A DNA stretch of 64,000 nucleotides, taken from positions 37,590,761 through 37,654,760 of the forward strand of contig NC_068981.1 in assembly GCF_001194135.2 (NCBI RefSeq). The letters are read 5' to 3'. Numbering within the stretch: position 1 is the stretch's first letter; every line of letters starts with the position of its first letter. Below the pieces are notes generated by a model. That model did no database searches. It was not told the DNA's origin and saw only the letters and a list, made by a program, of their open reading frames with translations. The position numbers and the translations under genes were made by a program. Origin of the DNA: Octopus bimaculoides. Lineage: Eukaryota. This document shows, piece after piece, positions 1-12,959 of this stretch.

Positions 1-774
1 ACATATGTAATCTGGATGTTATCTACTCCATGCCCCTAAATTTTGGATGTTTATTCGCATATACAACAACCTATGTTGCTAAGCATGAACTATAAAATTA
101 ACTTTTTACAGTTTATCACACTTCGATTTGAGAAAATTTCATAACCTTCTATGTGAATAAACCACTTTTGTTCCTGAAAGTTGTTTTTTTATATCTTCTA
201 CAGATTGCTTCAAGCTCACTAACTTCCTATACCTTGATCTTTGGATCTTACCTTTATATATNNNNNNNNNNNNNNNNNNNNNNNNNNNNNNNNNNNNNNN
301 NNNNNNNNNNNNNNNNNNNNNNNNNNNNNNNNNNNNNNNNNNNNNNNNNNNNNNNNNNNNNNNNNNNNNNNNNNNNNNNNNNNNNNNNNNNNNNNNNNNN
401 NNNNNNNNNNNNNNNNNNNNNNNNNNNNNNNNNNNNNNNNNNNNNNNNNNNNNNNNNNNNNNNNNNNNNNNNNNNNNNNNNNNNNNNNNNNNNNNNNNNN
501 NNNNNNNNNNNNNNNNNNNNNNNNNNNNNNNNNNNNNNNNNNNNNNNNNNNNNNNNNNNNNNNNNNNNNNNNNNNNNNNNNNNNNNNNNNNNNNNNNNNN
601 NNNNNNNNNNNNNNNNNNNNNNNNNNNNNNNNNNNNNNNNNNNNNNNNNNNNNNNNNNNNNNNNNNNNNNNNNNNNNNNNNNNNNNNNNNNNNNNNNNNN
701 NNNNNNNNNNNNNNNNNNNNNNNATATATATATATATATATATATACATATATGCTTATATCTTTGTCTGTTTG

Positions 775-990
775 TGTTTGTGTTTGTTTCCCACCACTGC
801 TTGACAACCAGTGATGGTGTGTTAAAGTCTCCATAACTGAGTAGTTCAACAAAAAGAGACTGATAGAATAAGTACTAAGCTTGTAAGAAAAATAAGCCCT
901 GGGGTTGATTTGTTTGACTAAATTCCTTCAAGGTGGTGCCCCAGCATGGCTGCAGTCAAATGACTGAAACAAGTAAAAGATAGAAGAAAA
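775..990 (+). mobile_element. tRNA-derived SINE (family A), 3' half, following its internal microsatellite and gap
   Basis: Shares 'gatagaataagtact...ggggttgatttg...aaggtggtgccccagcatgg..gcagtcaaatgactgaaacaagtaaaaga' with copies at 10720-10930 (+), 14420-14610 (-) and 56060-56190 (-). Confidence 0.8.
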
Positions 991-1229
991 GATATATTTT
1001 TTTTGATTTCCTGTATTTTGATTTGATACCATATTGGAGAAATACCTTAAATGATTTTAGTTGATCATATCAACTCCAGAGACTATTCAGTACTTATTCT
1101 ATCACTCTATATTACGAAATTACTATGTTATGCTTTGAAATAATTGCATTGTAGCTATGCTTGATGGTTTACGCCAGTAAACATAATTTCAGACAAGTAC
1201 TAGGACATACACATATACAACAAGCTTCA

Positions 1230-1360
1230 ACACTATTTCTATCATTGATTAAACAATGGCTGTGGAAAATGACACTTGTCCAATGTGTTGTGCAGTGAGA
1301 TTGAACTTGGAATCACATAGTTATGAAGTAAACATTTTAACCACATGCCTATGCTAGCAT
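1230..1360 (-). mobile_element. Degenerate SINE family A 5' head
   Basis: 'gacacttgtccaatgtgttgtgcagtgagattgaacttggaatcacatag' aligns by eye to the head of the 14420-14822 copy. Confidence 0.55.
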
Positions 1361-3629
1361 CTGAATTTTAATATTTATTGCTCTTCACCTTTTGAAATAA
1401 TTTACATTTTTTAATTTCTACTTTTTCTATAATATCCTCTTTTCCTTTCTCATTATTTCGATAATTTATGGTGCTCATTATTATGGCAAGGGTTTTAACA
1501 AGATTAATAAATTATTTAAATAATTGGAAGTAGAAAGATGAATACAACACCACTGCCACCACCACCACCACCACCACCACCATCATCATCATTGCCATTG
1601 TAAAAATGGAGTTGAATAGGTCTTTCAGCATTTCTCAGTGTTAGTCATTAAATATATGAGCCACAAATACGTTTTACCATAACAGACTACTTCTTTCTAA
1701 TTCATTTGTAGTCAAATTCATTATGTGTGGTGCACCAATTTGTGTCAGAGACAGGTAGCTAGGTAACTGGAAATGCTCTGAGCTTGTTAAGTAAGTTGAT
1801 GTATACATATTTAATGAAGAGAGCATTAAAAATCTCATTAGAAGTAAGACTAATGAGGAAAAAAAATATATATCAGTCAATGGCTAATAATTTTCTTTTT
1901 CTGGTAAGTACAAAAATGAACGTTGAGTATATTTCAGTCTTATTCTTACCTTATCAAAGAAGGACTTCTTAAGCCATAAGCAAACCATCAAATGAACTTA
2001 CACATGTTAGCTACCTAGCTAGTGGTTGCTGGATGGATGTATAGAAGGAAAGAGATTAAACAGTAGATAAACTTGTGGATAGATACATAAAACTTTCTCT
2101 TGGTAAAAGTAGTATTTGACTAATAATATTACTCATAAAGACTGCATCAGAACTATGTGTTTCTGCCTCAGTTCTAGTTACATTAATTATTTCTGTCCAT
2201 TACACATGAAGAACTTCTTCATTATTCTGCTCATTTATATTTCCTACAAAAAAATGGAAACTAATCTTTTAAGATGGCATTCAGTCATTAGTATTTCACG
2301 AAAGTACTTTATTCCATTCTTATTAGTTTTATTTATTCTTTTTGTTTAAATGACATTACCAAATTCAGCAAATATTTTTAGTCATTTTATATCCTTTCCA
2401 AGTTCAACAATTCTAATGAGAATTTTGCAAGAAATAAAATTAACAAAAATGAATTAAAAATTACCAGAAATTTCATTAAAATATTTTTATAGAAACACAA
2501 TTTTTTTTCAATGCCTTTAAATCATATAATGTTTAAATCAGATAGCAGAATTTTGCTGATAGTTTTCTAATGTCTTAGTTTAGTGTCTCGGAAGTAACTG
2601 GAATAACATAAAATCTTTCCCTCCAACTTTTCCCACACACATATGCATGCATTACTCACAACCACGAAACAACTAATTTACAAAAAGTTTTAGTTTATTT
2701 CATTCTTTCTAATCACATGTAATTATTTTAGGCCATTAGGGTGAAACTAGAGTCAAGTGGCCATAATAAAAGTTTTCTTTGGCAGCTAATGTCTTTATTC
2801 ATATATGTATAGATATTATGAGAAACATTCTTGTAACAATGGCTAGCGAAGCTAGGGAATGAACGTTGCCAAAATTTTGGGGTAAAAAATGCATTGATGA
2901 TTGTTTATTTGATATATCATAGATCATTCCAAACTCTTGCTGCTTTGCTTTTATATTCAAAAGTCACAAAGAGAAAGTAATATTACTCATAAATACAGAA
3001 CAGTATTGTTTGACAAGCTTGGCTCCAGTGAATAGGTGTCAGAGATTTAGTTTGCATATTGTTTTCTATCTCAACCTTCAGGGGATGAAGTATGGGTTTA
3101 GAAGTGAATAAGTCTGCAATCTTTTAAAATTGTATTCAAATGTGTTAGGAGGAAGGACTGGGTGAAACGTTTAGTATAAAATCAAGGAGATGAATTGGGG
3201 AGGAGGAAACATCAGTGAGATAAGCAAGTGTTTTTAGAGAGTGTATGCTGCCAGTTAGTTCAGAGAAACAATAAATATTGTAGTAATGTTGAAGGGGCAG
3301 AGAAAATAGAAAGCATGCCCATGAGTAGATAATTGAATTATGATGGTAACTGAATATTTGTCAATCAGTCAAATGACCTAGTGTGTGAGCTTGGATTTTG
3401 TGACTGCATCTGCACCAGTCTCATATATGTGAGCAATATTCTAATGTAGATCTTATTTGGGTTAATAAAGATTAACACTTTAACTTCCATGATACAAGTT
3501 TGCCTAAGTTATATATATAATATAAAAGTGATTTGCCAAGTGGAATCATAAGACATTCTAGCAATTTTGTGGGTTTCAACTATCTGTTGTTCATAACAAG
3601 AGAGGATGAAGTACCAAACTGTTTCCTAC

Positions 3630-4330
3630 ATACATGTAGTAATTGACTCCTTGATTGTTAAAAAAACACCAATTACATGATCCCATTGAAGTACACTCTC
3701 AATATCTCTGATGAAGTATTCTGGCAAGAGATTATTAAGTTTTGTGTGGATGATACTTTTATATGGAAGATTAATGTTAAAAAAGCCAAAGGTAGTAACA
3801 TGTGCATAGAAAGGTATATTTTTAAGATTTGCACTATGTAAACCATTAATAGAGAGAAAGAAGAGTTTAGGAGGCATTATCAAACTTTTAGGAGTTCCAG
3901 AGCTTACAGAATGTGGGTCTGCAATAGTGCTGCTTGATAAGAATCTTCCAAAGCAAGAAATAAGAAGCATGTGTAGACCAAGAACATAAGTTGGAGGGTC
4001 ATGTACCATATATCATCAAAAGCTTTTTGATATCAAATGTAAGAATACTGCAGTCGATGTGTAATTCTTGAACAGAATCCAATGTATTATGGTACTTATT
4101 TTATTAGAATCAGAGTGAGGAAACTGAAAAATACCTTTGACAATGCTTGAACCAAGATGGGATGAATTATAGCAACACGTTTTAATGAACACTCTTGTTT
4201 CTTTGAGTTTCAGCAAGCTTATATTTAGTGATCAATTTGGTAGAAATAACATCCAAATTTCCCCCAATCATTCCCTGCTGTCTTCAAATATTGATTTCAA
4301 ATCATGGCTTAAGGCTAGCAATTTCAGAGG
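3630..4330 (-). mobile_element. Degenerate CR1/L2-like LINE reverse transcriptase fragment
   Basis: Minus-strand ORFs read 'TAVFLHLISKSF' (cf. AVFLDLSKAFD), 'SVSSGTPKSLIMPPKLFFLSINGL' (cf. GVPQGSILGPLLFLIYINDL) and 'FYAHVTT' (decayed YADD). The motifs are in the correct order, with frameshifts. Confidence 0.7.
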
Positions 4331-4374
4331 AGGAATTAAGTCGATTACATCAACTCCAGTGTTCAACTGGTACT

Positions 4375-4505
4375 TAGTTTATTGACCCTGATTGGATGAA
4401 AGGCAAATTCAACCTCAGTGGAATTTGAACTCAGAACACGAAGACAGATATAATGTGGCTAAGCATTTTGCTCAGCACAGTAATGATTCTGCAGCTCACT
4501 GCCTT
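4375..4505 (-). mobile_element. SINE family B fragment
   Basis: 'gaaaggcaaattcaacctcagtggaatttgaactcagaac...ctaagcattttgct' recurs at 8095-8240 (-), 48020-48240 (+), 51150-51290 and 59600-59850 (+). Confidence 0.65.
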
Positions 4506-6267
4506 GCTGTCTTGAAATGTTAAAGACATATTGTACTTCAAAATATAATATAAAAAGCGGCATAATTACAAATGGAAAACCATAATCGTAATTCTGCACA
4601 TTCAAATCTAACCTCAGCCAATCAACAATAACAATTTTGCTTTCTAAAAATATATACATTATTTTACTGATTTTGTCACTGGACTGCAATTATGCTATGG
4701 TATTGCTTTCAAGAGTTTAAACAATCTCATCAACCCAAGTGCTTTTTTTCTTTTTGATCTGGTGCTTATTTTATTGTTCTCGATTAGTCAAATCACTAAG
4801 AAATAGTATAAACAACATAGACATGGACACATATATATACATACATACATATACATGTATGCATCCCTTACCCACATATGTACACCACACATGTACACAT
4901 ATACATGCAGGTACAATAAACTTCTTCAGCTTCCATCTTCTAAATTCCACTCACAAACTATGTAACTAAAATGCTACACACACTTTGAGTGAACCCAGAT
5001 CTACATAGTTGTGAAGCAAACTTCTTAACTACAGAGTCATATCTGTACTTTTGTAATTTAACATTTAATGATTTTTCCTTTATTATTGTACCTCTTTTGG
5101 GTAGGGTGATCCTGGATCTCTGGGGATTGTCGATCGGTCCTTTTTGGAGATTCTCCTTAATCAGGAAGACTGTATCATTGATGTGTTCAGACATTTTGTA
5201 TATTATGTGTACTTTTATTTTGCTTCTCCCTCCTTCTCTTTTCTTCCCCTCATCATTTATGTAACACTTCACCACACATAAATTGTAAACTGTCCTTGTA
5301 ATGTCCCCCTCATCTGATGCCTCTATAGCAAATAAAAAGCATCATCATCATCATCTTCGTCATTATTATTAGTAGTAGTATTATCACATAGACTGAATTT
5401 CAACAACCCTTCGTGCTTTTTCTGTATAATTACATATTAAAATCTGCTGTTAGTTTTCATTTCACATATTGAAAGCTATCCACTTGTGCATGTAGAAACA
5501 TTCTCCTTTGATCTCCTCCATAAATTTTTCTCTATAAAGTGGTTTGATAATTAATTTTATCTTGATATTTTTGTAAACAGCAGGTGTGAACATATATAAT
5601 ATATACTAATGGAAGATAGATACTAATGGTGAATATAGTTTCACAGTCCCAATCTAGTCGGTAAAAGCTTACATTTGATAGCAAATAAAAGTATCATAAA
5701 TGCAAAACTGCCAATGATTTCTTTGTAACAGAACAATTTTTACATTACCCCCGAAGTCTTCATCATAGTCAAAATAATAAAATGTTCATACATTTTTTTT
5801 TATTTCAAAAAGATCTTTCATCCTTGCAAGAGGATAAAATTCCAGGAATCTTAAGAAAAAAAAATGTCCATCTTTGACCCTTAGTGGTAGGGTGAGCTAC
5901 AATAACTTTTATATGTTCAGTTTAAACAAAAATGACTAAGAACGAATTTTGAACTGATGACCTCTGTGTTAGTATTCAAGGGCCATGAAACTCAGCAGCC
6001 AATAAATGTTGTCATTGAACAATATTTTCTTCACCATTATTTTTTCTGTAGCTATTTAAAATTTTTTCATACTAAATATTATTGAGCTATAGAATATAAT
6101 TTTCCAATGATAGATTTTTGTATATTGAATCTATGTATTTTTAATTTCTAACTACTTCCATTTTCCCCATTTTTTTTCTCCTTATAGACACAATGTTGTC
6201 ATACTAACAGCTTGTTGAGTCATTGTGCAGTTTTAGATTAGCTAAGATTATACTAACAAAGTTTTTG

Positions 6268-6270
6268 TGC

Positions 6271-6314
<44 letters not shown>

Positions 6315-6439
6315 GTCTGTCTGTCTGTCTGTCTGTCTGTATGTCTGTCTGTATGTCTGTCTGTCTCTCTGTTTATTTATCTATCTATCTATTTAACTGT
6401 CAGTCTATTTGTTTGTGTACTAGTTTTTCTTTGTCTGCC

Positions 6440-6496
<57 letters not shown>

Positions 6497-6540
6497 GTCT
6501 GTCTATCTATCTATCTGTCTATCTATCTACCTGTCCATCC
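6268..6540. repeat. Compound (ATCT)n/(GTCT)n microsatellite
   Basis: Directly visible; produces the spurious SIYL/SVCL ORFs. Confidence 0.95.
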
Positions 6541-9429
6541 ATTAATTCATCCTATGCTGTCATCTGAATCACTATTCATACTGAATCCACTATGTCATTC
6601 ATATTTACATTAAAGTTCTTTTTTGCTGCTGTTGTTGGGTGCAAGAATGGCCATATGGTTAAGCAGTTTGTATTGCATGTATACGGTTTTGAGTTTGCTC
6701 TCATTTTTATGGTATCTTGGACCAATGTCTGCTATCATAGCTTTGTATTAATCAAGGTCTTGCGAATGAAATTTGGTTGACAGAAAGTGAAGAATTTCAT
6801 TTGTAAAATTATTTCTGTTTGTGGGTGTAGACTTAATTTTACAACTAATTTAACACCACCAGATTATCTTTGAGTATCTTTAGCAAAGCCAACTCTCATG
6901 ATAATTTATATCAAATCTCCAGCCTGCGAATAATTTCTTTTCCTCTTATCAGTCTTTGAAAAGCGTCAGAAGTACTATCCTTCCCAATCTTAGTAAGTCA
7001 TAATAAAAATATGTTTAGAGTCTTCCTGATCAAGAAAATCAATTCCATCTGTGACCATCCTGTCATTTTAGGACTATGCTCGACTGAATTATCAAATGTA
7101 TCATTCCTTTTTCCTAAATTGATACGGTGTGATTTGAGGAAGAGTTGGTTAACGTTTCTATCTGATTAAAGACATATGTAGTTGCTTCTTCATCGGCTGG
7201 TGCTTATTGAAGGTGTAGCATTAAATAGTAAAATATTCTAATTGATGCTAACACTTAAAACAAAGAAAAATATGGAATAAGCAGAACAAGAAGGGTCAGA
7301 GACTGTCATAGAGGTCACGGGGTGTGTGAGGAAAGAATTTTGACAAAGAAACTAAATTAATTATAATAAAGCTGAAGTAAAAACTCATTAGATAGTGTAA
7401 GTGTTTAATTGACAAAATATGACCATCCCCAAGTATGACAATATCCGTTTCAATACATGATTTCACATCAAGTATCTTGCAAAACAAATACATAAATGTC
7501 TCTATCTTCACTTTCGAACAAAACTTGACAGATGTAGGTTTATAATAAATAAATAACATAACATAACATAACCACGGCATTACTCATTCAGTATGTCATA
7601 CAGCCTTTATCTGATTCAATGAGGGCGGCTATGTATGGCCACTAAATCTGCTAGAAATAATAGTCAATCTCTCTTTCTCAAATCATATTTTACAGTGGTA
7701 TCTTAATTTAGATATACTTCTCCAGAAAAAAAATATTGTGTGATTAGGCTTGAGTGCCTTCACTGAAATGTCTACAGTGATCTTTCCATAAACAATTCTT
7801 TCCATGAAACAAGCTAGATGTATGGAGATTCTGGGTTGCTTGAATGCCATAGTCCTCCTCTTATTTTTGCTAGCAGAATCTAAATTAGTTCAAAGCAGTA
7901 CTTTTGACATCAGGTTGGTTGCAGGAGTTACAAAAATGGTGTCAAATTTAACACTAGACTGCTTAAAGGCTTTTAATCCAAGGTTTATTCTCTAGCTTGT
8001 TCTCACAAGATAATGAGTCTGTACAACTGGGGATTCATATCCTTGGTCAGTTGCTGTCAGCTAGAGCCAGCTGAGCCAAGTACTGAAGTCAGGCAGTCAT
8101 CCTGTCTTGACTTCATTTTACCTATCCCAATAAGATGCAAAGTAAAATTGACTGAGGGCAGGATTTGATCTTAGAATGTAAAGAATCATAACTAAATTCC
8201 ACAAGATATTTTGTCTGATGTTTTACCAATTGTGCTAATCTTTTTATATCATAAAATATCAATATATTCACAATCTAAACTTAATTTAGATTTGAGAATC
8301 ACAACACAAGATTCCATTCTCAATAACTTGGTACCTGCAAATATCAATCACAACAAAATTTCTGCACTGATAACTGAATCTCTTGTTTTGACTTTCTTAT
8401 TTCTTTAAAAACTTTAACAGAAATAAGAAAAAAAAAAAACAGCAAAAAAGAAATGTATTTCACTCTCTTCCATAATTGATGTTCAAAACTTTGAGCTGTC
8501 TTTGCATTTATACTTCATTTGATTGTAATTAATTAAAAAAAATACTCAGAGAATTTCCAGGACATTATTTATTTATTTGTTTGTTTGTTTATTTTGTTTA
8601 TTTATTCATGTAAAGCTATTTCTTCTGTATATAACTCAATATGAAAGCATCACCACCAAAGAACTGTTGCTGCTATCAATTTTAGAGTAAATTTTGTGAT
8701 AGTGTTAAACATATTCTCTTTTTTCTTTCTTTCTTTGATGTTATTCCAAAATGAATGACTGATAAAATCTATGATTGCATTTGCTATATTGGACGCTGGC
8801 ATTTTAATGCTGTCATGATAAAGCTTCTGGAATTTCCTACCAATCCTGTACGGATTAGGTAGTATCTCTTTCTTTACACATTTCTTTACAAAATTCTACT
8901 GTGCAGAAATGGAGAAAAACCATATTATTGAAACACAGAGTGTCATAGCAAATCTGATAGCAATTCTGTTCAAACTGTTGCAGCTCAGAATAATGAAGAG
9001 AACCTGAGTTGGAAAAGAAAGAAGTAAGAAATAGACAACTGTTAAATGCATTGGAGTCATAAATAAACTAAAATGAAAACAGAAGTTTTAAAATATAGGA
9101 AAAGATGGTAGCAACTCTTAGAAGCATTAGAATCGTCATTGACATCACTATTATTATTGTTATTATTTCTCAGATTACTATCAACCACAATATTATGTAC
9201 ACTTATTTCTCCACTCCTGTTCCCATCTACACTTAGTCTTCATGGGACAGAAAGCTCAGTTCACAGAGTTTCTGTTAGTATTTAGCTTGGGATCACTATC
9301 TTTTTGGATCATGAGAGCTTGTATGCAGTTGCTCAGCCTGTTAGAAATAGCAGCCAAAAACGAAAAAAACACTAAGAATATTGGATAAAGTTGTCTAAAT
9401 CATGTCAACATGGGAGATGGACATTAAAC

Positions 9430-9651
9430 GATGATGATGAGAGTGATGATGACAACGGCGATGACATTGATGGCGATGATGGTGATGATTATGATGATGA
9501 GATGATGAAGGTGGTGGTGGTGATGAGGATCATGATGGTGATGATGACAATAACATTGACGATGACAACAATGATGATGACAATGATGTATTCCAAGGTA
9601 TGTTAAATTTGACAAAAACTGAAAGAAACTTGTCACACACACACACACACA

Positions 9652-9692
<41 letters not shown>

Positions 9693-9730
9693 ACGCACGC
9701 ATGCCCATACACGAATATATATATATAAAT
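9430..9730. repeat. (GAT)n-rich tract followed by (CA)n and (AT)n
   Basis: Directly visible. Confidence 0.9.
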
Positions 9731-10085
9731 ATATATATCATCATCATCATCGTTTAATGTCCGCTTTCCATGCTAGCATGGGTTGGACAATTTGACTGAG
9801 GACTGGTGAAACTGGATGGCAACACCAGGCTCCAATCTAATTTGGCAGAGTTTCTACAGCTGGATGCCCTTCCTAACGCCAACCACTCAGAGAGTGTAGT
9901 GGGTGCTTTTACGTGTCACCCGCACGAAGGCCAATCAGGCGGTACTGGCAATGGTCATGCTCAAAATGGTGTATGTTATGTGCCACCCGCACAAGAGCCA
10001 GTCCAGGGGCACTGGCAACGATCTCGCTCGAAAATCCTATGAAGGCCAGTCAGGCGGTACTGGCAACGGCCACACTCAAAATGGT
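9731..10085 (-). mobile_element. Young SINE-like repeat (family C) whose 3' end reads ...gcatggaaagcggacattaaac(gat)n
   Basis: Near-identical to 39190-39363. Related copies at 14870-15004, 26310-26510 and 55690-55880; forward tails at about 9400, 20290 and 48870. Confidence 0.8.
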
Positions 10086-10169
10086 GATATATATGTGTTA
10101 AATAAAATGAGACAATAAAACCAAGGTTATGTGAAATTTATAGGACATTTATAAAGAGAAAGGTAGGCT

Positions 10170-10215
10170 TACAGCTGTTTGTGGGATATTAGGGATATCT
10201 CTTCATCAGAGACGG
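10170..10215 (-). ncRNA. Degenerate minimal type-I hammerhead ribozyme motif (Penelope-type terminus)
   Basis: Minus strand reads CTGATGA-agagatat-cccta-atatccca-cAAA-C-agct-G-TA: core, stem II and a palindromic stem III loop are present, but GAAA is mutated to CAAA. Confidence 0.5.
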
Positions 10216-10569
10216 TATAAGAGAGTTGACTAGAGGGAAAGAGGAGAATTCAATATAAAGAATTATTTTGGAAAAGAATGGATATAGGAAATATAAAGGA
10301 AAATAAGAGAATAAAAATAAAAATAAAAATTAAAGTAAAATATATGAGGATGTTAGAGTTGCAGTTCCATTATATATATATATATATATATATATACTTG
10401 GAGAATGGAGCAACAAATACAAGAAAAAGCATTTTCGTTGGACTAGATAGCCGTTGTTTTATTATGTGGGGCTTGTGAAATGAGTCAGTGTGGAGGTTTA
10501 GGTTATGTAATGAGTCATTTTGTATATTATGTCTTAGTCACTTACGTACGTTTCAATCCAGCCAGTGGT

Positions 10570-10930
10570 TTGGCCGATATATATATATCTTTATATGTCT
10601 GTATGTATGTATGCATGTATGCATGTATGTATGTATGTATGTATGTATGTATGTATGTATGTATGTATGTATGTATGTATGTATGTATGTATGTATGTAT
10701 GTGTGTGTGTGCATTTTTGTGTCTGTCTCCCACTACCACTTAACAATTGGTGCTGGTTTGTTTACATTCCTGTAACTTAGTGGTTTAGCAAAAAGAAACT
10801 GATAGATTAAGCACCAGGCTTAAAAAAATTGCTGGGGTCGATTCATTCACCTAAAGATTCTTCAAAGTGGCACCTCAGGCATGGCAAAGTCTAATGGCTG
10901 AAACAAATGAAAGATAAAATATAAAAGATA
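10570..10930 (+). mobile_element. SINE family A 3' half preceded by an expanded (ATGT)n internal microsatellite
   Basis: Homologous to 775-990; (ATGT)n at about 10600-10700. Confidence 0.75.
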
Positions 10931-12959
10931 ATACTTCTTTGATTAATAAAAAGTAAATAACATGTAATGATTATTTAGTTACTGCTGTTGTTGTTTTGAT
11001 TAGGCCCAGGTCAGAAGTTTTAAAATATAGGAAAAGATAGTAGCAACTCTTAGAAGCATTAGTATCATCATCGTCATCACTGTTATTATTGTTATTATTT
11101 TTCAGATAACTATTGACCACAATATCTACATCTATTCATAACTATTCACTATGATCAAATATGAAGAGGAGGATCATGGTGGAGATGGTAGTAATACTGG
11201 GGACGATGATGATAAAGATGATGACAGTGAGTGCGAGGGTGACAGACATGTCAACAATGATGACTCATGCATACCATTGCATATTACACAAGGCAATGAA
11301 AAGAATCGTAATGCGGTTGCTTGACTTGCTAGAAATTGCTGCCAAGTCACCTCCATATCATAACCAGCTGTTTTCAAAAGGAAATAAATGCATTTTAGAT
11401 AATGTAGCATTTTTATGGATAAATAGATGGGAAGGCTATGGCAGTAATACTTTTCATTATAGATCTTCTCAAACAGGTCTGAATTGTGGCTAAAGAGCAA
11501 CAACATATATATTTTGGGGTCCTTTTCATTTTTTGCTATCAAAGAATTCTAGTTGCCAGAACACTAGACATCAGTGCAAAAAGTTTTGAAAATAAGATTG
11601 TTTACTGAATTTATGTAAGATGTAAGAAGAAATTGAAAAACAAGACAAAATGAAAAACTGCTTCCTAACTTAGGAAACAAAGAGTAAAATAATATAAGTT
11701 TGCTTAAGATGGTTTCGAATGGGAAAATTATGTGTTAGAGAATGGGGAAAAATATGTGTTAGAAATCCCATTTTCTGACAAATTGAATAAAATTAATCAA
11801 TTTTGCAGTATTGTACGCATCGTTTAAGGCACTGATTGATCTTCAGTCTATCACTGTATTGAAAAGAAAACATTTATTAATTATGCATGATAAAACATAT
11901 TATACCAAAATGTCATTGCTTTTTCCTTATTGGTAATAATTTATAAATTTGTTAACATGCATTCTTGTTTTCCCTTTCAGTACACATATTCTGTTTTTCA
12001 AATATTTAACTCTGTCATTCAGAAAAAAACCCCCCAGATAACAAAAGTAAACATTTCAGGAAAAAACGGTTTTACTAAATTGTCTCCTCTACTAGGAGGA
12101 ATAATAAATCTAATGTTTTGTCCATAAGTTATTTCTGTGTCTTTAAATTGAATGAGATGTGGGGAAATAAAAAATATCTTCCCGTTGGTTACAAATGGAA
12201 TTTATTTCATTTAACACAGGTCGTAAATTAATACTTTACACACACTTCCATTTTTACCTTCACAAAACAGCCGTAGTATTCTTGTGTGCAGCAGTATGTG
12301 AAGAATGACACTTAAATCTTATGCTTTCTCCTTGCAGTAAAGCAGCTGCTGTGTCCAATTTTCAGATAAGTAAAATAAAGAAACAAGTATCACATGCATT
12401 TCTCTTTAGTAAAAAGAGACGGGCAATGGGCCCAAAGGCTAGTGCAGAAGCAAGATCCTTAGGGAGCTCCAAAGTTTCAGCTGTTGAAAGTTCTGAACTT
12501 TTAGCAATCAGAGCAATAATTCCCATTTTAACATCAGCAAGTTATGGATTAGATAGTCAAGGGTATCCTGGAGTTTATGGTCTGAAATAGAAAAACAATG
12601 AAAATAAAGCATTAAATTATTTTACACACATGGATTTGTGTACATATGCTTAGTCACAAGTTGCTTAATAATGCAAATTTGTCATGAAATTTTACCCAGA
12701 TATGTTTTTGACAGTGTGCACTACTACTTCGTTGATAGATTTAATCCACTCATCATCATGGGACAAAAAGAATTCATTAAAATAGGTATCCTTCTTGTCA
12801 CTAACTCTTTTCTGTTTCTAAGCAAGGTGATATTTCCCCATGGAGATCATTTGTTTAATGGTAATGTTCATATGCAACTATCCTGTAATGTCATAATAAT
12901 GTCAAGACAAGGAGATACAAGTATACATACACTATACATACATATATAACTCTTTATTT

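Noticed and set aside
139-852. Long X-containing ORFs here and at the other gaps (15005, 19510, 35817, 39364, 56270)
   Set aside because: Artefacts of translating N-runs and flanking (AT)n.
6267-6613. Low-complexity ORFs (SIYL, MYVC, HTHT, poly-I/N/M/D) here and throughout the window
   Set aside because: Microsatellite translations.
9796-9815. CTGAGGA...GAAA in SINE family C (also at 39255)
   Set aside because: Only 5 nt lie between the motifs, so no stem II can form; not a hammerhead.
12400-12420. Selenocysteine reading of the in-frame TGA in the minus 12.3-12.5 kb frame
   Set aside because: No recognisable selenoprotein motif or SECIS was seen, and the frame is not joined to the acceptor.
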